The translations under genes were made by a program, and so were the position numbers. Shown here piece by piece: positions 35,283 to 44,448 of a DNA stretch of 61,227 nt (its first letter is position 1; every line of letters begins with the position of its first letter). The stretch lies in assembly GCA_041742375.1 (NCBI GenBank), contig JBGSIU010000036.1:1-61227 (forward strand), written 5' to 3'. The notes under the pieces were generated by a model, which saw only the letters and a list, made by a program, of their open reading frames with translations, searched no databases and was not told the origin of the DNA. This stretch comes from Patescibacteria group bacterium (GTDB lineage Bacteria > Patescibacteriota > Microgenomatia > JBGSIU01).

Positions 35283-36932
35283 TTGTTAGATTGCCAAAAA
35301 CATATCAAGAAAATCGTTCTTTTATTTTTAATCATTTTTCTTGCATTCTTTCTTCGTTTTTTTTATCTCGGCCAAGTCCCGGCAGGTTTTGATTCGGATG
35401 AAGCAGAGTTTGCTTTTAATTCGTACACGCTCTCAAAATATTTGATAAACGAAAATAATCAGTTTTTACCTTTTCAAGTTAATACGTATGGGAATTATAG
35501 ACCTCTTGCTCTTCCATACATGATTGCTATTTCTTTAAAAATTTTCGGAAACACAATTTTTGCAGTGCGTGCGCCAGATGCGCTTTTTGGCGTCTTATCT
35601 GTTCTCTTGACATATATTTTTGTCAAAATGCTGGTTAAAAAAACGCGGCTTGCACTGCTTTCTGCTTTTTTAATGAGTTTGTCGCCATGGAGTGTTTTTT
35701 TGTCGCGCGGCACAGCCGAGCCTATTATGGCATTTTGTTTCATTTTAATAAGCTTTATTTTTCTCGTTAAGTTTTGGCAAGCCGGCGGGTTAATAAAGCT
35801 ATTATTAATATATCTTTCATTTTTTGTTGCCTTCTTCACATATACTGGTGTGCTGCCCTTGATTTTTTTAATGTCCGGAGCCTTGATTTTATACTTAGCA
35901 TATAAAACCCATGTCTTTCGCAGAGAAATAATTCTGCCGTTTTTGTTTTTAATGATCTTTCCAATTTTTGTGGTGTATAAAACCACACCCGGCTATTTAA
36001 ATGGCCGTTTCAAACAAGTAAGCCTGCTTGAAGAAAAAGGTCAGTTTGGAATAGAGCTCGTGACAGCGGAGCAAATTAGGGAAAACGCTTACAACAGAAC
36101 AGAATATCAAAATCTTGTCACACAATTTTTTCATAATATGTCCATTAATACCGCAAACTCAATTTTAGACAATCTAACAAAACACTTTTCATTCGACTAT
36201 CTATATTTTAAAGGTGGAGAACCTAATCGTCTTCAAGTTCCAAATGTGGGAGTTTTTCTTTTAATTGAGTTTTTGTTTTTGTCGGGAGGAGCACTTTTAC
36301 TTTTTAGACACGGTAAATTTAAACTGCTTACACTTTCCGTTTTTTTCATCATTGTCGGATTTCTTCCAGCTGGTTTGACTTTTGAAGAAGTACCATCAAC
36401 TCACCGACCGATTTTCACAACGATCGGTTTTTTTCTCATCGAAGCATATTTTTTATATCAGCTTTCAAAAAGATTAAAATCTTTACCATCTAAGTTGTTA
36501 TGCGCCGCCATATTTTTAATTTTTGCATACGAAATGTCTTTTTATCTACATAATTATTTAGTGCTTCAACCGCGGCACCAGAATTTATTCCGGCATTCGG
36601 AAATGAATACGGTGGCACGTGATCTTTATCTAAAGCAAAATCAATATGACGCAATCTATATCACGAAAAATAGTACTGAACCGGCATATTTTTATTATTT
36701 TTTCAATAATCTCGATCCAAAATTAATGATCGAAAGTACAGGTAAAAATAACCTGCAAAGCTGGACTGACGGAAAAATTCACTATCTACATATGCCGTGC
36801 GCAGACGTTGTGATGAAAGAAAAAAGAGTTTTGGTGATTGAAGGGGCGGCTTTTTGTCAAACTGGCGGCAATGTCATTAAATATATCTATAACTCCGACG
36901 GGTCAAAAATATACCGCGTCGTTGCTAAATGA
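35283..36932 (+). CDS. PMT/ArnT-family (GT39-like, PMT_2) polytopic glycosyltransferase
   Basis: LRFFYLGQVPAGFDSDEAEFAFNSYTL first loop, ~12 TM helices and a soluble C-terminal domain. TTG start. Confidence 0.7.
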   Translation: MLDCQKHIKKIVLLFLIIFLAFFLRFFYLGQVPAGFDSDEAEFAFNSYTLSKYLINENNQFLPFQVNTYGNYRPLALPYMIAISLKIFGNTIFAVRAPDALFGVLSVLLTYIFVKMLVKKTRLALLSAFLMSLSPWSVFLSRGTAEPIMAFCFILISFIFLVKFWQAGGLIKLLLIYLSFFVAFFTYTGVLPLIFLMSGALILYLAYKTHVFRREIILPFLFLMIFPIFVVYKTTPGYLNGRFKQVSLLEEKGQFGIELVTAEQIRENAYNRTEYQNLVTQFFHNMSINTANSILDNLTKHFSFDYLYFKGGEPNRLQVPNVGVFLLIEFLFLSGGALLLFRHGKFKLLTLSVFFIIVGFLPAGLTFEEVPSTHRPIFTTIGFFLIEAYFLYQLSKRLKSLPSKLLCAAIFLIFAYEMSFYLHNYLVLQPRHQNLFRHSEMNTVARDLYLKQNQYDAIYITKNSTEPAYFYYFFNNLDPKLMIESTGKNNLQSWTDGKIHYLHMPCADVVMKEKRVLVIEGAAFCQTGGNVIKYIYNSDGSKIYRVVAK

Positions 36933-38062
36933 TAATCATTTATCTCGTTCTCGCATTTTTATTAAGCACTTATTCCTTTAGTCAGGTTGATCTAAATCTT
37001 AACCTTTCGAAAAATGAAATTTATCTTTGGTTTGAAGATCAAATGAAATATTTGGGTTATTATGAACGCAATTTGTCGTTTTGGATTTTTCTCACTCTTT
37101 CACTAATTTTAATTATTCTTTACGGAGTAATAATAAAAGGAAAGTTAAAAACTTTTTCCATTCCCCGCATTTTTTATTTTTTATTTTTTATTTTTTATTT
37201 GTTGTCGTATCCCGCCTTTCTTTCCTACGATATATTTAACTATTTTTTTGACGCGCGCATCGTTGTGAAATATCACGAGAATCCGTATTTATATTCCGCT
37301 GGTCGTTACATTTTTGACGAATGGCTCCGGTTCATGCGCTGGACGCACCGCGTGTATCCGTATGGTCCGGTTTGGTTGTTATTGACGATTATTCCGACTG
37401 CTTTGGGATTTGGAAAGCTTGTGCCGACGATTTTATTCTTCAAAATGTTTAATTTCCTCATTTTTTTAGGATCTGTGAAATTTATTCAAAAACTAACCAA
37501 TGCAAAAAATAACTGGCTGCTTTTTGCCCTGCACCCGATTGTGATTTATGATTTTCTGATTTCCATGCACAATGAAGGCTTGATGCTTTTCTTTTTGCTC
37601 GCGAGTATTTACTGCTTAATTAGAAAAAGAAAATGGCTCACGATATTTTTTCTTGCATTATCGATTGGCGTGAAATTTGTGACAGTCGTGTTTTTACCCA
37701 TTTTACTTTTTCTTTGGTGGCGTAAAATTGATGTTAAAAAAAAGTTGCCGCAGATTTTGAGGATGGCATGGATATTAATAGTACTCGCTCTTATTCCGGT
37801 CTTTATACAGCGGGAAATTTACAGTTGGTATTTTATTTTGCCGATTGGCATCATGGTAATTATTCCTTCGAAACTCGAAAAAATCATACTTATTATGTTA
37901 TCATTTCTTATTCTTCGCTACGCACCGTTCATTCTCATTGGCGAATATAATCAAATCGTTCTCTTTTGGCAAACAGGGATTTCATACGTTGTCTTATTAT
38001 TTGTAGTAATAGCCTTGGGAGCTAATTACTCCCTAAAAAGGATAAATTTCCAAAAGCGTTAA
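36929..38062 (+). CDS. polytopic membrane protein, DUF2029/PimE-like GT-C candidate
   Basis: 377 aa with DIFNYFFDARIVVKYHENPY...YPYGPVW, a pattern typical of GT87/DUF2029-type mannosyltransferases. ATGA overlap with the upstream gene. Confidence 0.45.
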   Translation: MIIIYLVLAFLLSTYSFSQVDLNLNLSKNEIYLWFEDQMKYLGYYERNLSFWIFLTLSLILIILYGVIIKGKLKTFSIPRIFYFLFFIFYLLSYPAFLSYDIFNYFFDARIVVKYHENPYLYSAGRYIFDEWLRFMRWTHRVYPYGPVWLLLTIIPTALGFGKLVPTILFFKMFNFLIFLGSVKFIQKLTNAKNNWLLFALHPIVIYDFLISMHNEGLMLFFLLASIYCLIRKRKWLTIFFLALSIGVKFVTVVFLPILLFLWWRKIDVKKKLPQILRMAWILIVLALIPVFIQREIYSWYFILPIGIMVIIPSKLEKIILIMLSFLILRYAPFILIGEYNQIVLFWQTGISYVVLLFVVIALGANYSLKRINFQKR

Positions 38063-39511
38063 ATAGTTATTCCCAATTCCACGTCTCACTTTTAAAACTT
38101 CTTTGGTATTAATTTGTGTCGTAGGATGAAGGGTGTCTTTGTAGATAAAATAAGTTTTTTGGTCGCGCGCTTTTTCGCGTACTTCATCCGGAATATCTTT
38201 TACTGGCCAATAACCTTTAACCGCAACATTATTGTTGCCGACAAAATAAAGTTCAAGGGCATAGGGGAAAAGGCCCTGCGTACCTTCGGTGGCCAAATAT
38301 ACTTTTTCGGTTTTTGACTGTTTAGTGATATAAGTGACCACCTCTTTGACGCCATATCCAGCCGGCCAACTGTTTAGAAGCTGTTCGGATTCAATTGATG
38401 GGAGAGAAGCGGCCGTAGGTTGGAAAAGGATATAAAAAGAGTTAACCAGAGGATATACAGAAATAATAAAAATTAATGTAATTTTGGCGAGTGGATTTTT
38501 TAAACCCTGCATTAACATGAATGATGTATATGCAATAATCGGTAAAAGCGGCAAAATCATAAAGAAAATAAAACGGGGGTAAACCAGGCGGCCGAAAACA
38601 GTAAGCGCAAAAAAAGGGATAAAAAAGATTAAAAATAAATATAAAATGCGCCATTCTTTTTTTTTAATACCCATAAATAGTCCAATAATAATTATGATTA
38701 TCCATATTATGCCGAAATACGGCGGGAAATAACTCAAGAGTTGTGGCAAGTTTGTTTGCAAAGGGCTCAATGGATTTTGCAGGAATTCAGGCAATGTGTA
38801 AACAAAAACTTCGTTTTTCATATTGATCATGCCACGTAGTGGCGAAGTGAATAAAATTGAACTGATTGCCAAGGCAATTGTGGCGGCGAGTCCAAATAAT
38901 TTGGACCATTGGAGAACAGCAGTTTTCTTTTTCTCTTTGAGAAACATGAGAGAAAAAGGAGCAAGAATGATGAAAAAAATTGCCGAAGATTTAGTGAGTA
39001 ATCCCAGTCCCATCATTACTCCGGCAAGCATGGCATTTTTTATATTAAGTTGTTTAATTAGCTTCAACTGAAAATATAATGTGCTAATAAACGTTGTGGC
39101 AAGTAATGAATCCATCAACGCCAACCGGTCATAAACCGCGGCAAAGGGAAAAGTGATGTATAAAATCGCCGACAAAAATGAGATTCTACGATTTTTGAAG
39201 ATCTCGTTCGTCAACAAATATAAAAAAATCATCGTCGTGAGTCCGGCGAGAACGGAGACTAAACGTCCGGCAATAAGAGGATCATTCATAAATTTCACAA
39301 AAGGATAAGTGAGCCAAATAAAAAGCGGTTGCTTTCCGTCAATGAGAGAAATAAACAGATATTTTTGCGGTTCACCAAATCCCCATTGCGCCCAGCGCAG
39401 ATACATCGCTTCATCAGTGAAAATAGGGATGATAGTTAAGTTGATTAGACGAAAACTGAAATATCCTATAGTTAGAATAATTAATGGATGTTTTAAGGCG
39501 AGTTTAAGCAA
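38033..39511 (-). CDS. PMT/ArnT-family polytopic glycosyltransferase
   Basis: FRLINLTIIPIFTDEAMYLRWAQ first loop and ~12 TM helices. It overlaps the convergent gene 36929..38062 by 30 nt. Confidence 0.68.
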   Translation of the reverse strand: MLKLALKHPLIILTIGYFSFRLINLTIIPIFTDEAMYLRWAQWGFGEPQKYLFISLIDGKQPLFIWLTYPFVKFMNDPLIAGRLVSVLAGLTTMIFLYLLTNEIFKNRRISFLSAILYITFPFAAVYDRLALMDSLLATTFISTLYFQLKLIKQLNIKNAMLAGVMMGLGLLTKSSAIFFIILAPFSLMFLKEKKKTAVLQWSKLFGLAATIALAISSILFTSPLRGMINMKNEVFVYTLPEFLQNPLSPLQTNLPQLLSYFPPYFGIIWIIIIIIGLFMGIKKKEWRILYLFLIFFIPFFALTVFGRLVYPRFIFFMILPLLPIIAYTSFMLMQGLKNPLAKITLIFIISVYPLVNSFYILFQPTAASLPSIESEQLLNSWPAGYGVKEVVTYITKQSKTEKVYLATEGTQGLFPYALELYFVGNNNVAVKGYWPVKDIPDEVREKARDQKTYFIYKDTLHPTTQINTKEVLKVRRGIGNNYLTLLEIYPF

Positions 39512-39515
39512 AGTT

Positions 39516-39590
39516 CATTGCTTCATTGTTTTATTGTTTTATTGCTATTTTTGTTCTTAGCAATGGAGCAATTGAGCAATGGAGCAATCG
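39516..39590. repeat. AT-rich long hairpin with (CATTGTT)/(GCAATGG)-type arms in a divergent spacer
   Basis: 31 paired positions (39517..39547 with 39558..39588): 24 Watson-Crick, 6 U-G wobbles and 1 mismatch when read as plus-strand RNA, checked by hand. Confidence 0.85.
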
Positions 39591-39617
39591 TGTAGTTTGC
39601 GCTATAATTATACCTAA

Positions 39618-41309
39618 ATGAAAGAAAAATTGAAAACTGTGATTGCAGTTTGCGTGTTAATTCTGCTTGCCTGGCCGATTTATAGGCCTATTTTGGATTA
39701 TGGATTTTTCCCGGTTCACGATGATCTTCAAATCCAACGAATCTATGAAATGGCGAACGCCTTGAAGGATGGTCAATTTCCCGTTCGTATTATAAAAGAT
39801 TTTGGATATGGCTATCATTACGCTCTTTTTAACTTTTACGCCCCTTTGCCATATTATTTCGGCGCTTTTTTCAATTTAATCGGAGTCAGTTATTTATTTT
39901 CCGGTAAAATTCTGTTTTTTATTCCTAATTTTCTTTCGATCGTGTTTATGTTTTGCCTTGCCAAAAAAATCACCAAAAGTAATTTAATCGCCTTTTTTGC
40001 CGGAGTGCTATATGCGTATTTTCCCTACCGTGCGGCCGATAATTATGTCCGCGGGGTGATAGGAGAACTTTTTGTCATGATGTTTTTGCCCTTGCTTCTC
40101 CTGGGAATTTATGAAATGTTATCATCAAAAAAAATAAATTTGCTATACACTTTTTCTTTAGCAGGAATAATTTTGTCTCACAATATCTATGCCTATCTTG
40201 TTTGTCTTGGACTTCTGATTTTCGCAATATCATGTTCTGTTGTTGGTATTTTCAAAAAGAAGAAAGCATATTTTGTCAACTTGATCCATTTAATTTTCAT
40301 GTCGATACTTTCTCTTGGTTTAACCGCGTTCTTCTGGCTCCCAGCATTTATAGAAAATAAATTCACTCATATTGAGAAAATTAGTGAGTCGGGATATTAT
40401 TTTGGGAATTTTTTTGTTTCCATAAAAAATCTTTGGCAAAGCGAATGGGGCTATGGAGGGGCAGGGGGAGGAATGACATTCATGATAGGTAAGATACACA
40501 TCCTTTTAGCCGCCGCCGCATTAACCGTTTATTTATATAACTTGATAAAATCAAAAAAGCTAAATTTAGCACCAATATTGTTTTTATTTTTTTCCGTATT
40601 TTGTACTTTTCTAACAAACCATAGATCATTCTTTCTTTGGAAATTAATTCCGCTTCTCAATTTAACTCAGTATCCCATGAGATTAATTTTTTTCATTGTT
40701 TTTTCTTTAATTATGTTTATTATTTTATCTATCAAGGATATTTTTCAAAAATTTAATAAAAATTTTTTATTTGCGATTGTGGTTATTTCATCAGTTTATA
40801 TAATTTTCAGAAATGTTGGTTTTTATAAGTCTGCCTATAACTATGAATTCACTGAACAGCAATATCTGTCGGAAAAATATCTAAAATGGGACTCAACGAT
40901 AAGAGGCGACGAATATCTTCCAAAGAAGTTTGTTATTCCCATCAAACAAGATGAAATTTCTGATGGGTCGGTTAAAACGAATAAGGCAATTGATGTTAAA
41001 ATTCTTTCTCACACATCAAACGAAATGGTAGTTATTATTGAGAGCAAATTCAATGACGTGAAAATTAATTTTCCTATCACCAATTTTCCCGGGTGGAAGA
41101 TGTTTGTTAACGGAAAAGAGCAAGAGATTATGTCAAGAACTAAGTATAATTTAATTTCCGGCGATTTTGGGAAAGGAAAATTTAATGTTTTAGTTAAATT
41201 TGTTAATACCCCAGTTCGTTTTTTTGGCAATTTGATAAGTCTTATAAGCCTGATAGGTTTTATATATTTTTTTGTTAAACGTTTTCAAATTTATGGAAGA
41301 AAATCATGA
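39618..41309 (+). CDS. polytopic membrane protein, YfhO/PTPS-related-like GT-C candidate
   Basis: 563 aa with FFPVHDDLQIQRIYEMANALKDGQFPVRII...FNFYAPLPYY, many TM helices and a beta-rich C-terminal domain. The family assignment is tentative. Confidence 0.5.
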   Translation: MKEKLKTVIAVCVLILLAWPIYRPILDYGFFPVHDDLQIQRIYEMANALKDGQFPVRIIKDFGYGYHYALFNFYAPLPYYFGAFFNLIGVSYLFSGKILFFIPNFLSIVFMFCLAKKITKSNLIAFFAGVLYAYFPYRAADNYVRGVIGELFVMMFLPLLLLGIYEMLSSKKINLLYTFSLAGIILSHNIYAYLVCLGLLIFAISCSVVGIFKKKKAYFVNLIHLIFMSILSLGLTAFFWLPAFIENKFTHIEKISESGYYFGNFFVSIKNLWQSEWGYGGAGGGMTFMIGKIHILLAAAALTVYLYNLIKSKKLNLAPILFLFFSVFCTFLTNHRSFFLWKLIPLLNLTQYPMRLIFFIVFSLIMFIILSIKDIFQKFNKNFLFAIVVISSVYIIFRNVGFYKSAYNYEFTEQQYLSEKYLKWDSTIRGDEYLPKKFVIPIKQDEISDGSVKTNKAIDVKILSHTSNEMVVIIESKFNDVKINFPITNFPGWKMFVNGKEQEIMSRTKYNLISGDFGKGKFNVLVKFVNTPVRFFGNLISLISLIGFIYFFVKRFQIYGRKS

Positions 41310-42735
41310 GATCTATAAAAAACGAGCGGTAAAAAATATATTTGTTCTGATTTTTCGATCGGGGTTATTATATGTCGTTAATTTTGGAGGTAATTTTATT
41401 CTTACGATAATTTTGGGTTTACAAACTTTTGGTGTTTATATTTTGATTTCCGCTTTGGTAAACTTTCTGAATTATTTTTCCGATATTGGTTTTGCTGCGG
41501 CTTTAGTGCAAAAAAAAGAAGCAGTTGAAGACGATGAGCTAAAAGGAATATTCACTATTCAGCAGATTTTGGTTTTAACTTTTTGTGCAGTTGCAATCAT
41601 TATTTCACCAATGATTAAAAATTTTTACGGTCTGGACAGCCACGCAATGTGGCTTTTTTACGCTTGTCTGGTTTCGTTTTTTCTGTCTTCTTTAAAAACA
41701 ATCCCTTCTGTGCTTTTAGAGCGTGAACTCCATTTTGAAAAAATGGTACCAGTCCAGGTGATAGAAGCGTTATTTTTTAATGTGACCGCGATAATTCTTG
41801 CCCTCTTGCATTATGAAGTGCTCGCTTTTGCCTGGGCAGTTTTTACGCGCGCAATTGCAGGATTAATCGCGATATATATTGTCAAGCCGTGGCGAATAGG
41901 TTTTAATTTAAATTTTAATAAATTCAAAAAACATCTTAAATTTGGTGTACCTTTTCAGATGAATAGTTTTCTTGCCATGATTAAAGATGATTTGCTAACT
42001 ATTATTCTTGGAAAAATATTGCCTTTATCGACGCTTGCTCTTATTGGTTGGGGACAAAAATGGGCATTTATGCCATTAAGGTTTATCCTTGATAATGTGG
42101 CGAAAATTGCCTTTTCGGCATTAAGCCGTATTCAGGGGGATAAAGAAAAACTGGGGCTTGCGGTTAATAAAGCAATTTTTGGCACGAGTTTTTTAACTTT
42201 TCCGATACTCACGATAATAAACGTGGCGGCGCAATTTTTAGTGGTGGCTGTTCCAAGATATCAAAAATGGATTCCGGCTTTGCCGTTTCTGGCATTTTTT
42301 TCACTGAATGCGGCCATGGCCTGTGTTTTTATTACTTTGGTTAATCTGTTAAATTCAGTTGGTAAAGTAAAGCTTACTTTGAAACTGATGTTTTTTTGGA
42401 CGGCTTTAAGCTGGATTCTTAATTTATCGCTTATCTATCTTGTAGGTTCAATAGGCGTGGGTATTGCTTCGCTTCTTATGGGGTTTGCGAGCTTGGTGGT
42501 AATATATTTTGCACGCCAGATAATAAAAATTGACCACACAAGTTATATCTACCCGGCTTTCTCTGCGGGAATTGTCACTCTTGGATCATACCAACTTTTG
42601 CCCTATGTGGGAAAAACATATATAAATATGTTTATTGTTTGTTTTTTAATGGGCGTCGCATATCTGCTCACATCAATTTTGCTATTCAGAAAAAAACTAT
42701 TTAATGAAATAAAGTTTTTAAGAACCAGCTTATGA
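41293..42735 (+). CDS. wzx: Wzx-type oligosaccharide/polysaccharide flippase (MOP superfamily)
   Basis: About 14 TM helices with an N-terminus like FGVYILISALVNFLNYFSDIGFAAALVQKKE. Start set at ATG 41293; the ORF-track start is 41272. Confidence 0.72.
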   Translation: MEENHEIYKKRAVKNIFVLIFRSGLLYVVNFGGNFILTIILGLQTFGVYILISALVNFLNYFSDIGFAAALVQKKEAVEDDELKGIFTIQQILVLTFCAVAIIISPMIKNFYGLDSHAMWLFYACLVSFFLSSLKTIPSVLLERELHFEKMVPVQVIEALFFNVTAIILALLHYEVLAFAWAVFTRAIAGLIAIYIVKPWRIGFNLNFNKFKKHLKFGVPFQMNSFLAMIKDDLLTIILGKILPLSTLALIGWGQKWAFMPLRFILDNVAKIAFSALSRIQGDKEKLGLAVNKAIFGTSFLTFPILTIINVAAQFLVVAVPRYQKWIPALPFLAFFSLNAAMACVFITLVNLLNSVGKVKLTLKLMFFWTALSWILNLSLIYLVGSIGVGIASLLMGFASLVVIYFARQIIKIDHTSYIYPAFSAGIVTLGSYQLLPYVGKTYINMFIVCFLMGVAYLLTSILLFRKKLFNEIKFLRTSL

Positions 42736-44441
42736 AAGTTTTCATGAAATATAAAATACTATTATTAATAATTATTATCGTGGCCGCAGCTCTTAGATTT
42801 TGGCAAATTGACAAAATTCCTCCGGGATTAAATCGGGATGAAGCAGCCATTGGGTATACGGCCTATTCGCTATTAAAAACAGGAAAAGATGAATATGGTG
42901 TTAAATTTCCTTTATCTCTTAAATCGTTTGGCGACTGGAAACTATCCCTATATCCATATTTAACAATCCCTCCTATTTTCGTTTTCGGCTTGACGGAATT
43001 CGCTGTTAGATTTTCTTCCGCTCTATTTGGAATATTGACGGTAATAATCGTCTATTTAATAGCTAAGGAGTTATTTCCCCGCTTGTCCTCGGCTTATCAT
43101 TTGTTGCCGGCAGCATTGCTCGCAATTTCTCCTTGGCATATGTTTTTTTCCCGGACCGCTTCGGAAGCAAATACCGCCGTTTTTTTCACTGCCCTCGGCT
43201 TTTGGCTTTTTCTAATAAGTTTAAAAAAAGAGAAGTTTTTTCCCTTGGCGTTTGTTTGTCTGGCCCTGCCTTTTTATACTTACCATGGAAACCATATTTT
43301 TACTCCATTTTTTCTTTTGGGTTTGCTGATTTTCTACTGGAAAAAAATTAAAAAGAATGCATTTTTTTGGGCAGGAAGTTTAATTTTTTTAATTCTATTT
43401 ACATTTATTTCGTTTCAGACTTTATTATCAGCTGATAAAACGAAAATTTCCGGACTGTTGCTAATTTCAGACAGATCGCTTGTATACGAAAAAATTGTAC
43501 TAGACAAAGTTGAGCATCAAGATCAGTCGGGTTTAAGTTCAAAAATTTTCCACAACAAGATGATATTTTTAGGCAATAATATAATTCAGAATTATTTAAA
43601 AAGTTTTTCCGCCCAGTTTCTTTTTATTCAGGGAGGATCAAACGTTCAACACAATATTCCTGATTTTGGCAATTTATATCTTTGGCAAGCCCCCTTTTTA
43701 GTTTTAGGCATAATATTTCTGATCAAGAATCGGGAAAGTAATTTTCATTTTCTCCTTTGGTGGTTGTTAATCTCGCCGATTCCCGGCATCTTGACGCGTG
43801 ATGCGCCTCACTCGGCCCGAATGGCGGCAATTTTGCCTTTGCCGGAAATAATTATTGCTTATGGCGTAGGAAAAAGCATAGGATTATTTGTAAATATGAT
43901 GCAAAAAAAGATTGTTGTCTTGGCGATTTTATTGCCTACGATTTTCTACCTCTCTTTTTTTATCGATCGGTATTTTCTTCATTTTCCGTACAAAAGCGCT
44001 TCCGCATGGGGTTACCCTTATAAAAAATTAGTTGAGAGGGTAATGCCAATTCAAAATAATTATAAAGAAGTCATCATGTCAAAACCCGATTATTCTCCAT
44101 ATATTTATTTTGCTTTTTATCAAAAAATTTCTCCGGAGAAACTACAAACAGAAATGAAGCATTATCCGTTAACCGATGAAGGATTCGAGCATGTTAAGCA
44201 ACTTGGTAATCTACATTTCAGAAAAATAATTTGGGAAAAAGATTTACGGGTGCCGAATCGTTTGCTTATAGATTGGGTTGATAAAGAACTTCCGTCAGGA
44301 GCAACGCAAAGTGCAGTTTTATTATCTGACGATCCTAATGATAAAAGAAGAATTATGAGCAAATTAGTTGATACAATCAGACTTCCCAACGGACAACCCT
44401 ATTTTTATGTTATCGAAACTTTTTTAAAAATAATTAAGTAA
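42732..44441 (+). CDS. PMT/ArnT-family (GT39-like, PMT_2) polytopic glycosyltransferase
   Basis: LRFWQIDKIPPGLNRDEAAIGYTAYSLLKTGKDEYGVKFPL. ATGA overlap with wzx. Confidence 0.8.
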   Translation: MKVFMKYKILLLIIIIVAAALRFWQIDKIPPGLNRDEAAIGYTAYSLLKTGKDEYGVKFPLSLKSFGDWKLSLYPYLTIPPIFVFGLTEFAVRFSSALFGILTVIIVYLIAKELFPRLSSAYHLLPAALLAISPWHMFFSRTASEANTAVFFTALGFWLFLISLKKEKFFPLAFVCLALPFYTYHGNHIFTPFFLLGLLIFYWKKIKKNAFFWAGSLIFLILFTFISFQTLLSADKTKISGLLLISDRSLVYEKIVLDKVEHQDQSGLSSKIFHNKMIFLGNNIIQNYLKSFSAQFLFIQGGSNVQHNIPDFGNLYLWQAPFLVLGIIFLIKNRESNFHFLLWWLLISPIPGILTRDAPHSARMAAILPLPEIIIAYGVGKSIGLFVNMMQKKIVVLAILLPTIFYLSFFIDRYFLHFPYKSASAWGYPYKKLVERVMPIQNNYKEVIMSKPDYSPYIYFAFYQKISPEKLQTEMKHYPLTDEGFEHVKQLGNLHFRKIIWEKDLRVPNRLLIDWVDKELPSGATQSAVLLSDDPNDKRRIMSKLVDTIRLPNGQPYFYVIETFLKIIK

Positions 44442-44448
44442 TAAAATT

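Noticed and set aside
35495-35986. 163-aa ORF antisense to the GT39-like gene. Similar antisense or out-of-frame ORFs include 28064..28564, 20051..20395, 22031..22306, 6817..7143, 10677..10994, 14540..14917 and 33941..34315.
   Set aside because: Each lies entirely within a longer ORF that has clear family motifs. Their translations are low-complexity or mirror the partner's composition (for example GVGVGV opposite the Pro/Thr linker). They are typical of spurious ORFs in AT-rich DNA.
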